From Bdellovibrionota bacterium FG-1 (lineage in GTDB: Bacteria > Bdellovibrionota > UBA1018), in contig JBBCAW010000003.1 of assembly GCA_051382295.1 (NCBI GenBank), positions 1-64,000 on the forward strand: DNA of 64,000 nucleotides, written 5' to 3'. Made by a program: the position numbers and the translations under genes. Positions 21,632 to 31,890 of the stretch are shown here, piece after piece (position 1 is the stretch's first letter; every line of letters starts with the position of its first letter). A model generated the notes under the pieces. The model ran no database searches, had not been told where the DNA came from, and saw only the letters and a program-made list of their open reading frames with translations.

Positions 21632-23098
21632 TTATTGACGAGGAAGAACGATCTGGATATCGGCTCCAAGAATGCGATGGGCAGCGTCCTCATGATTGCG
21701 GGCAACGACGCCACCACGATGGATTTCGGTAATGGTCTTCATAATGACTGAGCCCAAACCTACGGAGAGGCGGTTGCCTTTTTCTCGTGCCATGTTTCGG
21801 GTCACGCGCCGCTCGCCGAAGCCTTTGAGGGCCTCTGCCGACATTCCTGGACCGTCGTCTTGAATGCGAATCCGAAGCTCCTTGGAGTGGGAGATGTCAA
21901 AGGACACCTTAACTTCGGAAAGCGCGAATGAGTAGGCGTTTTCCAGCGCATTTCGGAAGAGCCGCCGAAGAAGATGGGCATCACCCGAGATTTCACACGC
22001 CTCTGGCGAGATCGAATCGTCCACGTCAATCGTTTTTTGAGGCGCTCCTGCTGTCTTCGAACGGACGGAAACACTTTCAGCCTCCTCTTGAATGATCTCG
22101 AGGACAGACACACTACGGCGATCGGCCTGGTAGCGTGGTTCTCTGATCTGAGCCAGGACCAGGAGATCTTCGACCAGGCGCTCGAAGTAGTCGACCTCTC
22201 TTTCCGCTAGCTCGATCAGTTCCTCCCGGACTTGCTCATTCACTGTCGGGCTCTTTTTTCCGAGGGTTGCTAGAAGATTCTTGAGCGAGGCTACCGGCGT
22301 TCGCAAGTCATGCGTCAGGTCTTGGAGAAGAGACACCCTGGACTTCTCGACATTTCTCATCTGCTCGACCAAGCGCTCGATTTCATCGGCCATGAGGTTG
22401 AAGCGGGTCATCGCCTGTCCGAGCTCGTCCATTCGACGCACGGGGAACCTTGCCTTGAGATTGCCGCTCTGAAGTTCGGAGATCACCTCATCCGCGAGCC
22501 GCATTCGCTCTGTCATCGAGCGAAACAGGAGGAGCAGAGCGAAAGCAACCCCGATCAAGACGGAAAGAAGTAATGAACCGAATGTGATGAAGAAGAGCAA
22601 GACGGGAGGACGACCGCCCTCAAAATGCTCCGGCCAGGACATAGTCACGTAAAGATATTGAGCGGGATTGCCTGGAAACCGAACCAGCTCGTTTCCGATC
22701 GGTGGTCCGGGCGGTCCTGCGAACCCGCCGCTAGAATTATTAGGGCCTACGACCGCCGATTGGAAGGGTTCTTGGGGTTTCTGCACCTTTTCCCATGGAA
22801 TCGAAACGGGCTGGCCTGTAGAAATGTCCTTGCCGTCTTGATCGAGGATCGCAAGCCGAAACGGCTCCCGTTCCAACCCTAACCGCTCGATGCGGCGGAG
22901 CGCAGCCGACCTGTCTGTGGGGCTCAAGTCGTCGATGAGGTGAGCGTAGAAGACCTGCGGACCGTGCGGAAAACCTTGCTGTCGGCTGATCGCGAAGCGC
23001 ATCACTGCGTTGGTGATGAAAAGCCCGATCACCACGAAGAATATCGTCACGGCCGCCGTGATCGCGTAGTGTCGTCTGAAAAGTTTGGTCGTAATCAT
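21632..23098 (-). CDS. HAMP-domain sensor histidine kinase
   Basis: Two TM segments, HAMP (DELGQAMTRFNLMA), H-box LTHDLRTP, N box, DDGPG. Confidence 0.93.
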   Translation of the reverse strand: MITTKLFRRHYAITAAVTIFFVVIGLFITNAVMRFAISRQQGFPHGPQVFYAHLIDDLSPTDRSAALRRIERLGLEREPFRLAILDQDGKDISTGQPVSIPWEKVQKPQEPFQSAVVGPNNSSGGFAGPPGPPIGNELVRFPGNPAQYLYVTMSWPEHFEGGRPPVLLFFITFGSLLLSVLIGVAFALLLLFRSMTERMRLADEVISELQSGNLKARFPVRRMDELGQAMTRFNLMADEIERLVEQMRNVEKSRVSLLQDLTHDLRTPVASLKNLLATLGKKSPTVNEQVREELIELAEREVDYFERLVEDLLVLAQIREPRYQADRRSVSVLEIIQEEAESVSVRSKTAGAPQKTIDVDDSISPEACEISGDAHLLRRLFRNALENAYSFALSEVKVSFDISHSKELRIRIQDDGPGMSAEALKGFGERRVTRNMAREKGNRLSVGLGSVIMKTITEIHRGGVVARNHEDAAHRILGADIQIVLPRQ

Positions 23099-23766
23099 GT
23101 TTTCTCCAGCCTGTAACCGACGCCGTAGATGGAACTAATTTGGATCGACTTTATTCCTGCCTTCTTCAAGCGTGACCTGACATGGCTGATGTTGGAGTCG
23201 AGGGTGCGATCGAAAAGTTCCCCGTTTTTGTCCACGGCCTGAAGAAGCGCTTCGCGCGTGATGACGGATTCAGCGTTTTGTACGAAAAAGAAGAGAATGT
23301 CGAATTCTCTGGGGCTGAGTTCCAGTTCCTTTTCCCCAAACATGACGGCTCTCTTATCCAGTAAAATCAGAAGATCCTCGTACCGTATCTGTGCCGAGCG
23401 GCTTTGTGGTTCACGAATCGCGGTCTTGATGCGAGCTAATAGCTCGCGATCGCCGAACGGTTTTCGAACATAGTCGTTAGCGCCAAATTGAAGCGCCTCG
23501 ACAACGGAGTCCTCATCGGTTCTGGCGGTCAAAATGATGACGGGAATGCGGGAGCTTGCTTGGCGCAATTCCTTGAGAAACGTGAGGCCGCTTCCATCAG
23601 GAAGACCGAGATCCAGGAGGACTAAATCTAAGGTCTTCCGCTTGTTGGCGACGCGAGCGTCCATCAAATTCGAGACCCAGTGGGGTTTGTAGCCTTCGGC
23701 CTCCAAATTGAGGGATAAACCTCGACCAAGAACGGGATCGTCCTCAACCAGTAAAATCTCGATCAT
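23095..23766 (-). CDS. OmpR/PhoB family response regulator
   Basis: LLVEDD, LLDLGLPDGSG, GANDYVRKPF, IYGVGYR. Confidence 0.95.
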   Translation of the reverse strand: MIEILLVEDDPVLGRGLSLNLEAEGYKPHWVSNLMDARVANKRKTLDLVLLDLGLPDGSGLTFLKELRQASSRIPVIILTARTDEDSVVEALQFGANDYVRKPFGDRELLARIKTAIREPQSRSAQIRYEDLLILLDKRAVMFGEKELELSPREFDILFFFVQNAESVITREALLQAVDKNGELFDRTLDSNISHVRSRLKKAGIKSIQISSIYGVGYRLEKT

Positions 23767-23808
23767 AATAGAAAGCTCCGTTTTTTCTAGTCTATCATCT
23801 CTTCCGCT

Positions 23809-25050
23809 TTAGAAGGTTCTGATACCGCTGGAGCCATAGCCGCTGCCGTATCCGCTATAGCCGAATCCGGACATCGGCATGCCGCCATAGCCACCACGCA
23901 TCCCGCCGTAGCCACCCATCGCGGACATACCGCCCATGTTCATCGCGCCCGGAGTGTAGCCTAGTGAAGCGTTAATCGCGGCTAGGCCAATCAGAGGTTG
24001 AGAGTTGCCACCCATGCCACCGAAGTTCGGCATCCCGCCGCCCGTCATTTGCATTTGCCCCATAGCCATGCCGCCACGAGAGGCCATCTGCCGCTGGCAT
24101 TTATTCTTCCACCTTCGCATGGCTGTCTTGAAACGTGACTTGGCTCGGGTCTGATCCCGCTTGGCATCGTCGATTTGATTTTGGAGACTTTCGGGCAGAT
24201 CAAGCATCAGATCTTCTATGTCGAACCCCGGGGGGCCGGCCGGCATACCGGCGAAGTCTGCACCACCCGGCATTCCGCGAGGGCCTCCGCTCGGAGGACC
24301 ACCAAATCCTCCTCCAGGAGGACCTTCAAAGTCGTCGTCGCCGTCCGGGTCCGGCATGGGACAGTCTTGGTCCTTCAGGTCGTCGACCTGTTCCTTCATG
24401 GAGTCGGTTTGCTCTTTGGTCTTTCTCACCTGCTGGGCAACCAGCCGCCGTTGCATCGTGAATTTGGATTCTTCAGTTTGGGCGCCCGGGCCAAAACTCA
24501 CTTGCCCATAGCCTGGTGCTGGCAAGTGGTCGAGCCTCGCGGTGAGCCGTGTCACCTGTGCGATCAGGTCATTGAGTTGGCTTTGTATCGAATTTGCTTT
24601 GTCCGGTTGGCATTGCGAAACAGGAGCGCTAGCCGAGTTTTTAGCGGGGGCGCTTTGCTTTTCGGCGGGCGTTTGTTTTGTCGGTGTATCATTGGCTGCG
24701 GCGGCAACCTTCGGCGTGGCTTCGACGGCTTGCTTGAGCTTCTTGAGATCACTCGCATAGGACTTCATCCTGTCCATGTCCGGCGCTTGTCCCGGTGTCG
24801 GACGTGGAAGATCCCCATGGTCTTTATCGAAGGCTTGAATGCGCACGTCGTCTTGATGGTCGCGCTTCCAGCGCATGAGTTCCATCATGTCCTTCATCTC
24901 CGGGGGCATCTGTCCCTGCGGAGGCCGTCCGGAAAACGAACCACCCGCCGGGGGTGGTCCCTGAGGGAAATCCATTCCATCAGCATGAGCTACGCGGGCG
25001 GACCAAAGAAGCAGAAATCCGACAAAGGAAAGACATCGAAATGAATGCAT
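23809..25050 (-). CDS. Secreted low-complexity protein (Pro/Gly/Met-rich, coiled coils, GYG-rich tail)
   Basis: Signal peptide ..ARVAHA-DG; lies directly upstream of the RR-HK pair on the same strand; C-terminal Phe. Confidence 0.75.
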   Translation of the reverse strand: MHSFRCLSFVGFLLLWSARVAHADGMDFPQGPPPAGGSFSGRPPQGQMPPEMKDMMELMRWKRDHQDDVRIQAFDKDHGDLPRPTPGQAPDMDRMKSYASDLKKLKQAVEATPKVAAAANDTPTKQTPAEKQSAPAKNSASAPVSQCQPDKANSIQSQLNDLIAQVTRLTARLDHLPAPGYGQVSFGPGAQTEESKFTMQRRLVAQQVRKTKEQTDSMKEQVDDLKDQDCPMPDPDGDDDFEGPPGGGFGGPPSGGPRGMPGGADFAGMPAGPPGFDIEDLMLDLPESLQNQIDDAKRDQTRAKSRFKTAMRRWKNKCQRQMASRGGMAMGQMQMTGGGMPNFGGMGGNSQPLIGLAAINASLGYTPGAMNMGGMSAMGGYGGMRGGYGGMPMSGFGYSGYGSGYGSSGIRTF

Positions 25051-25572
25051 ACTATTCTCACTCTCTCTCGTAAGTTGGGAGCGTCTTTCCGAAACGCTCC
25101 TATTGCTACAGTCTCAGAATACGCCCAAATACTTGACAGATTATGGCGGTCTTTTCTTCGCAAGTAATGGAAAGGACGGGGCTAAATTGGGTGTTTTAAA
25201 AGAAGACGCGATTTTTACGTATTGTTCGACCGCTAAAAACGGCGCTTTTGGCACAGGGACTCCGGCAAAGTAATTGAACGACACCGACGTTGGTGTTCAT
25301 TCTTTGAGTGAGTGGGTTTTACTGCCTCAGGCCGGCAGAAAAACGTGTTCACCCCCCTCTCAATCCTGTTTACTGCCGCAGAACGGCAGTTGATGCCACT
25401 CATCGTCGCGACTTAGAAAACTCGCCTTCAACCGAAATGCCGAAAACCTAACATTCGGCCATTTGCCCTGTGTCACCCGTCATTATTTGGACTCGCCTCG
25501 AATTTTATTTTCAGTGCTTTTTGTATTTGTTTCAGTGAGTTATAAATATTTCATTTTTTTATATAGATTTTC

Positions 25573-25599
25573 TAAAGTTCCATCCCCGCCTTCCGATTA
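25573..25599 (+). promoter_or_regulatory. Sigma-28 (FliA)-like promoter
   Basis: TAAA-N15-TCCGATTA versus consensus TAAA-N15-GCCGATAA. Confidence 0.55.
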
Positions 25600-25614
25600 G
25601 AACATTGTCTGGCC

Positions 25615-25775
25615 TGGGGAACTTTGGTGGGTACTCGAGGCTAAGGCAACTTGACTGAGGACTGCCGTTCTTTGCTTAGTTCGTCTGAGGAGGCGAATTG
25701 GGGTACAGCACAAAGGATGGTGGTCCTCGGCTTCTTTTAGGGTCTCAGTCTCCCTCCATTTTCTTCTTCTTCCCA
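25615..25775 (+). ncRNA. Candidate rod-shaped structured RNA (6S-like geometry)
   Basis: 20-bp helix 25655-74/25711-30 and 12-bp helix 25675-86/25691-702; every non-WC pair is G-U on the + strand; outer stem and central bubble. Confidence 0.55.
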
Positions 25776-25803
25776 AAAACACTTCTTCTGCTAAAACACT
25801 CTC

Positions 25804-26226
25804 ATGGCTACCTTAAATCACGTTGGAATCGCGGTCGTGGACTTGCCCCGGGTGCGAAAACTTTTTTCGATCTTGGGCCTAGAAACGGCTCATTCGGAGG
25901 CGGTTCCGGAGCAGGGAGTGAACACCCACTTTATTCCCTTCTCAGCCGAAGCGTACGGCAGCAATTTGGAGCTTTTGGAAGTGATCCATGCAGGTAGCCC
26001 TGTGGCAAAATTTATCTCCAAGCGAGGGCCAGGGCTTCATCACCTTTCGTTTAGGGTGGAATCGGGCGAACTTGATGCGTTGAGTAGTCGTCTGACTGCA
26101 GAAGGCTACCGATTGGTCTTTGACGGTCCTCAAGCGGGCGCTCATGGAATGCGAGTCAATTTTATTCACCCAGCATCGGCGGACGGGCTGTTGATTGAGA
26201 TTATGGAAGCGGCACCTGGAAATTGA
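25804..26226 (+). CDS. mce: Methylmalonyl-CoA epimerase / VOC family protein
   Basis: LNHVGIAV, LELLE, RGPGLHHLSF, FIHP..GLLIEIME. Confidence 0.8.
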   Translation: MATLNHVGIAVVDLPRVRKLFSILGLETAHSEAVPEQGVNTHFIPFSAEAYGSNLELLEVIHAGSPVAKFISKRGPGLHHLSFRVESGELDALSSRLTAEGYRLVFDGPQAGAHGMRVNFIHPASADGLLIEIMEAAPGN

Positions 26227-26267
26227 TGATGACGCCCCATTAGGATCGCGATAACAATAATAGGATC

Positions 26268-27029
26268 ATGCCGATTCGTCTCACTCGGGCCGTAAAAATA
26301 TTGCTTATTTCTTGCCTGGCGCTTTTTGTGATCCAGCATACGGCTGATCAGTTCTTGGGGATGAATATCCTAGGCTGGTTAGCGCTGGTTCCTTCGGCGT
26401 TTGTTCTAGATCACCGAATTTGGCAGATCTTCACCTACTCTTTTCTCCATGCCGATGTGATGCACCTATTTTTGAATCTCATGATGCTGGCCTTCATGGG
26501 GGGGGAGCTAGAAGCAACCTGGGGTACCGCGCGGTTCGTAAAATTTTATTTCTTTTGTTCGGTTTCGGCCGGGCTCTCTTATTTGCTCTTGGGGGTGCTT
26601 TTTCCGAGCCAGGGGATCCACACGCCCATGGTGGGGGCTTCGGGTGCTATTTATGGACTCCTGATGGCATATGGGCTGATCTTCGGCGAGCGGGTTTTGC
26701 TTTTCATGATGCTGTTCCCGATGAAGGCCAAGTACTTCATCTGGATATTGGCCGGTCTGGAGCTGATGACGACAGTGTTTTCAGGAAATGGTGGATTGGC
26801 GAGCATTGCTCATCTGGGTGGCATGGCTGCGGGATTTGGTTACCTTTGGGGACAGGCCAGCTTTTTGGTGTGGAAGAAGCGCAAAGTTGCAAAAGACGGA
26901 AGATCGGGGCGCTTAAGCAAGAAGAGGCGCAGCCAGCCCCAGCACCTTAAATTGGTGATTAATAACGCAAATAAAGTTGAGCTTCAGAACTCGGATGACG
27001 GAAGCGATGAGCCGCCGACCTTTCATTAA
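26268..27029 (+). CDS. Rhomboid family intramembrane serine protease
   Basis: WQIFTYSFLH..HLFLNL, VGASGA, AHLGG. Confidence 0.93.
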   Translation: MPIRLTRAVKILLISCLALFVIQHTADQFLGMNILGWLALVPSAFVLDHRIWQIFTYSFLHADVMHLFLNLMMLAFMGGELEATWGTARFVKFYFFCSVSAGLSYLLLGVLFPSQGIHTPMVGASGAIYGLLMAYGLIFGERVLLFMMLFPMKAKYFIWILAGLELMTTVFSGNGGLASIAHLGGMAAGFGYLWGQASFLVWKKRKVAKDGRSGRLSKKRRSQPQHLKLVINNANKVELQNSDDGSDEPPTFH

Positions 27030-27068
27030 GGTTGACACTCATGCTCGATGCGATTTAATACCACGAGC

Positions 27069-27284
27069 ATGACTCTCCTTTATGAAGCAGTAGACCAAAA
27101 GAAATTTGATACCCGTCTTGTCGAGCGTAATCTTGCTCGCGGAGTGGTAACTCACGCTGAATCACAACAGAATATTCAATCTTTACCGGATGATGCAGCT
27201 AATGCTGAGTTCATTAGCGTAGAGTCCATCATGAATGACGGCGCTTTGGGTGCTGATAGTTCGTCCGACTCGGATCATCACTGA
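27069..27284 (+). CDS. Small hypothetical protein
   Basis: KKFDTRLVERNLARG..LPDDAANAE; own TTGACA promoter at 27032. Confidence 0.7.
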   Translation: MTLLYEAVDQKKFDTRLVERNLARGVVTHAESQQNIQSLPDDAANAEFISVESIMNDGALGADSSSDSDHH

Positions 27285-27355
27285 TTCGCTTAAGTAAGTA
27301 AAATCATCAGGCTAGGGTTTTTCTGCACTAGAAAAACTCAGCGCGGGGGTGCGTG

Positions 27356-28282
27356 ATGTCGATCGAGAATGTGACTATTTTGGGAACCGGGCCGGCTGGG
27401 CTGACGGCTGCTATCTACGCGGGCAGGGCAAATCTCTCCCCTTTGGTAGTGGCCGGAGATCAGCCGGGTGGGCAGCTCACGATCACGAGTGATGTTGAAA
27501 ACTTTCCTGGTTTTGCTGAGCCCATTGCGGGACCTGATTTGATGGCGACGTTTCGTAAGCAGGCCGAGCGTTTCAATACCCGTTTTTTAGAGGGCATGGT
27601 CGTGAAAGCCGACTTGTCCAAGCGTCCTTTTGTATTGGAAATGGCTGATGGAACAGAAATTCAGACTCAGACATTGATTGTGGCTACGGGAGCCTCTGCA
27701 AAATGGCTTGGAATCGCGGATGAGCGACGTTTGATGGGTAAAGGTGTATCCGCTTGTGCGACGTGTGATGGGTTTTTCTTCAGAAAAATGGACATTGCGG
27801 TCGCTGGAGGGGGTGATACGGCGTTGGAGGAGGCGAATTTTCTGACTCGTTTTGCTAGCTCGGTCACGGTGATCCATCGACGGGATAAGTTGCGGGCCAG
27901 CAAGGCGATGCAGGAAAGAGCATTTAAGAATCCAAAAATTAAATTCATTTGGAATGCCCAAATCGAAAACGTGCTGGGCGAAAACTCGGTTGAGGCGATT
28001 CGCTACCGTGATTTAATCACCCAGGAAGTGAAGGATTTGCCCACTCAGGGCCTGTTTATTGCGATCGGCCATCAGCCAAATACCCGTATTTTCAAGGGGC
28101 AGCTCAAACTGGACGGTGCAGAATACCTTTGGGTGGAGCCAGGGACGACCCGAACCAGTGTGCCAGGTGTTTTTGCTGCGGGCGATGTGGCTGATCACGC
28201 TTATCGGCAGGCCGTGACCGCCGCAGGTACTGGCTGCATGGCGGCGATCGATGTTGAAAGGTTTTTGGAAAACGAGGAGTGA
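27356..28282 (+). CDS. trxB: Thioredoxin-disulfide reductase
   Basis: GTGPAG, CATCDG, GGGDTALEEA, HRRDKLRA. Confidence 0.97.
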   Translation: MSIENVTILGTGPAGLTAAIYAGRANLSPLVVAGDQPGGQLTITSDVENFPGFAEPIAGPDLMATFRKQAERFNTRFLEGMVVKADLSKRPFVLEMADGTEIQTQTLIVATGASAKWLGIADERRLMGKGVSACATCDGFFFRKMDIAVAGGGDTALEEANFLTRFASSVTVIHRRDKLRASKAMQERAFKNPKIKFIWNAQIENVLGENSVEAIRYRDLITQEVKDLPTQGLFIAIGHQPNTRIFKGQLKLDGAEYLWVEPGTTRTSVPGVFAAGDVADHAYRQAVTAAGTGCMAAIDVERFLENEE

Positions 28283-28287
28283 AAAGT

Positions 28288-29859
28288 ATGAGCGATCAAA
28301 AGCACAAAGGGGAGGCTCATGGAGAGCCGACTGGCGAAACTCTTCAGGACTTATCCGAGCAGGTTCGGATTCGTTATGAAAAGCTCGGTCGGATTCGGGA
28401 TCGAAACGAAAATCCCTTCAAAAATGGCTTTTGTCCCTCTGCGCTCGCGGCAGAGCTTCATCGCTCTTATGGCGAAAAGTCAAAAGAGGACCTTGAGAAA
28501 TCCGCTATTCGGGTTTCGGTTGCGGGTCGGGTTATGGCGATCCGCGATTTCGGAAAAGCTTCTTTCGTACGAGTAAAAGACCGAAGTGGTCTCATTCAAC
28601 TTTTTGTGCAGAAAGCCCGTGTGGGCGATGCTTATGCCCAGTTTAAAGAATTGGATATCGGCGACATTGTGTTCAGTGAAGGCACGGTCTTTAAGACAAA
28701 AACCGGTGAACTTTCCGTGATGAGCGATCAGGTGGCGCTCGTGACTAAGTCCTTACGTCCTCTTCCTGAAAAATTTCATGGAATTGCCGATGTTGAGATC
28801 AAATACCGTCAACGGTATTTAGATCTGATTATGAGCGACGAAACCAAAGAGACGTTTCGAAAACGCTCCAGGATCATAGAAGAAGTCCGTCGGTTTTTTG
28901 TGGATCAGGACTTTATGGAAGTTGAAACTCCTATGATGCATCCCATCGCGGGAGGTGCCACGGCGCGTCCATTTGCCACTCACCATAACGCGTTGGACAT
29001 GGAACTCTATATGAGGATCGCGCCGGAGCTGTATTTGAAGCGGCTCGTGGTGGGTGGGATTGAGCGAGTTTTTGAGATTAATCGAAATTTTCGCAATGAG
29101 GGGATTTCGATCAAGCATAACCCTGAGTTTACGATGCTCGAGTTCTATATGTCCTATGCGACGTATCAAGACTTGATGGATCTCACCGAAAAGCTCTTCC
29201 AACAAGTAACTGATCGAGTTTTGGGTTCTCGTCAGCTCACCTATCAAGGGACGCAAATTAATCTAGATGGCCGGTGGGAGCGGATCAGCGTCGAGGACGC
29301 GATTATCAAGTATTCTGAGTTTAAGGACCGTTCTCAGCTAAGAGACCGAGCGACATTGTTGGCTTACGGTAAGGGCAAAGGCCTTCCGATGAAGCCAAGT
29401 GATTCGACTGGTGGATTGATGATGGTGATTTTTGATGAAGAAGTTGAAGCGCAGCTGATTCAACCGACTTTTGTAACGCATTATCCCCTCGATGTTTCGC
29501 CACTTTCAAGGAAGAATGAGCAAGATCCGTTTTTGGTGGATCGATTTGAAATGTATATTTATGGTCGTGAGATGGCTAATGCCTTTTCGGAGCTCAATGA
29601 CCCGGTCGACCAGAAAGAACGCTTTCAATCGCAGGTGGATGCCAAGAACGCGGGCAACGAAGAAGCTTGTGGCATGGACGAAGACTACGTCACGGCATTG
29701 GAATATGGAATGCCTCCGGCCGCGGGTCAAGGGATTGGGATTGATCGCATGGTGATGTTGTTTACGGATTCTGCCAGCATTCGCGATGTGATTTTGTTTC
29801 CTCTGATGAGGCCCCATCACCATCAGAATGAAAAAGCGCCTTCGGAGGCCTCAAGGTAA
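28288..29859 (+). CDS. lysS: Lysine--tRNA ligase (class II)
   Basis: RQRYLDL, RIAPELYLKRL, FRNEG, GIGIDR. Confidence 0.98.
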   Translation: MSDQKHKGEAHGEPTGETLQDLSEQVRIRYEKLGRIRDRNENPFKNGFCPSALAAELHRSYGEKSKEDLEKSAIRVSVAGRVMAIRDFGKASFVRVKDRSGLIQLFVQKARVGDAYAQFKELDIGDIVFSEGTVFKTKTGELSVMSDQVALVTKSLRPLPEKFHGIADVEIKYRQRYLDLIMSDETKETFRKRSRIIEEVRRFFVDQDFMEVETPMMHPIAGGATARPFATHHNALDMELYMRIAPELYLKRLVVGGIERVFEINRNFRNEGISIKHNPEFTMLEFYMSYATYQDLMDLTEKLFQQVTDRVLGSRQLTYQGTQINLDGRWERISVEDAIIKYSEFKDRSQLRDRATLLAYGKGKGLPMKPSDSTGGLMMVIFDEEVEAQLIQPTFVTHYPLDVSPLSRKNEQDPFLVDRFEMYIYGREMANAFSELNDPVDQKERFQSQVDAKNAGNEEACGMDEDYVTALEYGMPPAAGQGIGIDRMVMLFTDSASIRDVILFPLMRPHHHQNEKAPSEASR

Positions 29860-29865
29860 ACTCAA

Positions 29866-31122
29866 ATGAACGGCAAGACCCTGTCGGTGGTCCCTACTCT
29901 GGCGCGAAGGTTTTTGCTTTCAAGGGCATCCGACGGCTTTCTCTCTCTCATTGCATGGGTTTCGGTGGTGGGGGTGGCACTCGGGGTCTTGGCTCTCACA
30001 GTAGTGACGAGCGTGATTAATGGCTTTGAGGGGGAGTTGGCGCGCGTCATTACTGGTATGAATGGCGAGCTGGTTTTGTACTCCCGTGCCGAGCCGGTTT
30101 CGGATCCTGAGCTGATCGAGGCCAAGATCCGAAAAGTGGTTCCAGAAACTCAAGCTATCACCCGCTCTTTTGTGACGGAAGTGATGGCTGCCGGACCGAG
30201 TGGGGTTGCTGGCTCTGTGTTGGAAGGGGTAGACGGCGCGACTTTGGGAGAGGTGACTGCGGTACCTCGTCGGGTGGTTTCGGGACGTTTGCCCACGAGT
30301 GAGGGGGAAGTGGCCCTTTGTACCGCCTTGGCTGATCGGATTGGTGCGGTTGAGGGGAGTGAAATCCGTCTGATTGTGCCATTTTCTGGGGATGCCTTGG
30401 CAGCTCAGGGTTCCAAAGAGAGCGAAGGTTTAGGTGGGGCACCTCAAATTATTAAAGTTCAGGTGGTTGGACTGGTCAGAATGGGGATGTACGAATACGA
30501 CTCGCAGTTCATTTTTGCGGCGTTGCCTGCGGTGCAGTCCTTTTTGAAGCAGGGGAACAAGGTGACATCTTTCAAAATGCGGTTAGCCCCCGGGACCGAT
30601 AGCCAGGTGGCATCGGATCATTTGACGGATCACTTTGGTTATCCATTTAGGGCTAAAAACTGGGCTCAAATGAACAAAAATCTGTTCTATGCGATCAAGC
30701 TTGAAAAGGTCGTGATTGCGATCATCATGACTGTGATCGTGATTGTAGCGGCCTTTAACGTGGTGAGCACGTTGATGATGATGATCCATGATAAAAGCAA
30801 GGAAATCGCGATTCTCAAAGCGATGGGTTTCAGGCCTGCGCAAAGTTTTCAGCTTTTTTGCTTGATCGGCGTGGGGATGGGGGCGGTGGGCACCGCCGTC
30901 GGGGTCTTTACGGGGCTTGGGCTGAATTGGCTGCTGGAAAAAACGCACTGGATCGATCTTCCACCTGATATCTATTACATTGGTTTTTTGCCCGTGGTCG
31001 TTCGTTGGTCTGAGGTGGCTTTGATCGCGCTGTCGGCAATTCTCATTTCTTTTATGGCAACCCTCTATCCTGGGTGGCAGGTCTGTCGCCGCTCTCCTCT
31101 TGAAGGACTGCGCTATGAATAG
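29866..31122 (+). CDS. Lipoprotein-releasing ABC transporter permease (LolC/E)
   Basis: VVTSVINGFE, AAFNVVSTL, KEIAILKAMG, LRYE C-terminus. Confidence 0.92.
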   Translation: MNGKTLSVVPTLARRFLLSRASDGFLSLIAWVSVVGVALGVLALTVVTSVINGFEGELARVITGMNGELVLYSRAEPVSDPELIEAKIRKVVPETQAITRSFVTEVMAAGPSGVAGSVLEGVDGATLGEVTAVPRRVVSGRLPTSEGEVALCTALADRIGAVEGSEIRLIVPFSGDALAAQGSKESEGLGGAPQIIKVQVVGLVRMGMYEYDSQFIFAALPAVQSFLKQGNKVTSFKMRLAPGTDSQVASDHLTDHFGYPFRAKNWAQMNKNLFYAIKLEKVVIAIIMTVIVIVAAFNVVSTLMMMIHDKSKEIAILKAMGFRPAQSFQLFCLIGVGMGAVGTAVGVFTGLGLNWLLEKTHWIDLPPDIYYIGFLPVVVRWSEVALIALSAILISFMATLYPGWQVCRRSPLEGLRYE

Positions 31123-31828
31123 CTCATCAAATTCTGTTCCGGTTTCTCAAGCGCCTTTGATTCAGGCTCAGGGCATTCGTAAATCCTTTTTGAAGGGCAA
31201 AACTGAAATAGCGGTGATCCGAGGTGTGGACTTTTCGATGATGCCTGGCGAAATGGTTTCGATCATGGGGGCATCGGGGGTGGGGAAAAGCACCTTGCTC
31301 CATATTTTGGGAACCCTAGAGCCTCCGACTGCTGGAAAGGTCTACTTCGGAAACCCACCTCAGGATGTATTTGGGTTTTCGGAGCGTCAGCTTTCGTTTT
31401 TTCGGAATCGATCACTCGGGTTCGTATTTCAGTTTCATTATCTTTTGCCTGAATTTAGCGCATTGGAAAATGTGATGATGCCTGCGTTGATTGCGGGGCA
31501 TGCGCGTGCCGCGTCAATGAAGCAGGCGCAAGAACTTTTGAATTTTGTGGGGCTTGGGCATCGTTTGGAACATCGACCTAGCGAACTCTCGGGCGGCGAG
31601 CAGCAACGGGTGGCGATTGCGCGAGCGGTGATTATGAGGCCCAAATTGCTTTTAGCGGATGAGCTCACGGGAAATTTGGATTCGACGAACCGCAACATGG
31701 TTATGGACCTTTTGGCTCGTTTGAACGAGACGACTGGCGTTTCGGTTTTGCTGGTGACGCATGATTATGATTTGACCAAAAAGATGCATCGCGTTTTGAC
31801 CATGAAAGATGGCTTGTTTGTAAAATAA
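31115..31828 (+). CDS. lolD: Lipoprotein-releasing ABC transporter ATP-binding protein
   Basis: [27 protein letters not shown]. Confidence 0.92.
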   Translation: MNSSSNSVPVSQAPLIQAQGIRKSFLKGKTEIAVIRGVDFSMMPGEMVSIMGASGVGKSTLLHILGTLEPPTAGKVYFGNPPQDVFGFSERQLSFFRNRSLGFVFQFHYLLPEFSALENVMMPALIAGHARAASMKQAQELLNFVGLGHRLEHRPSELSGGEQQRVAIARAVIMRPKLLLADELTGNLDSTNRNMVMDLLARLNETTGVSVLLVTHDYDLTKKMHRVLTMKDGLFVK

Positions 31829-31890
31829 GAAAACTTAACTTGCCTATAAAGATTGACATGCGGGCATGACCACCCTAGACATAGGGGCTT

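Noticed and set aside
24175..25044. 289-aa plus-strand ORF
   Set aside because: Antisense to the 413-aa gene that has a signal peptide and operon context
25247..25270. TTGGCAC as a sigma-54 promoter
   Set aside because: No GC at the -12 position (GG-N10-CC)
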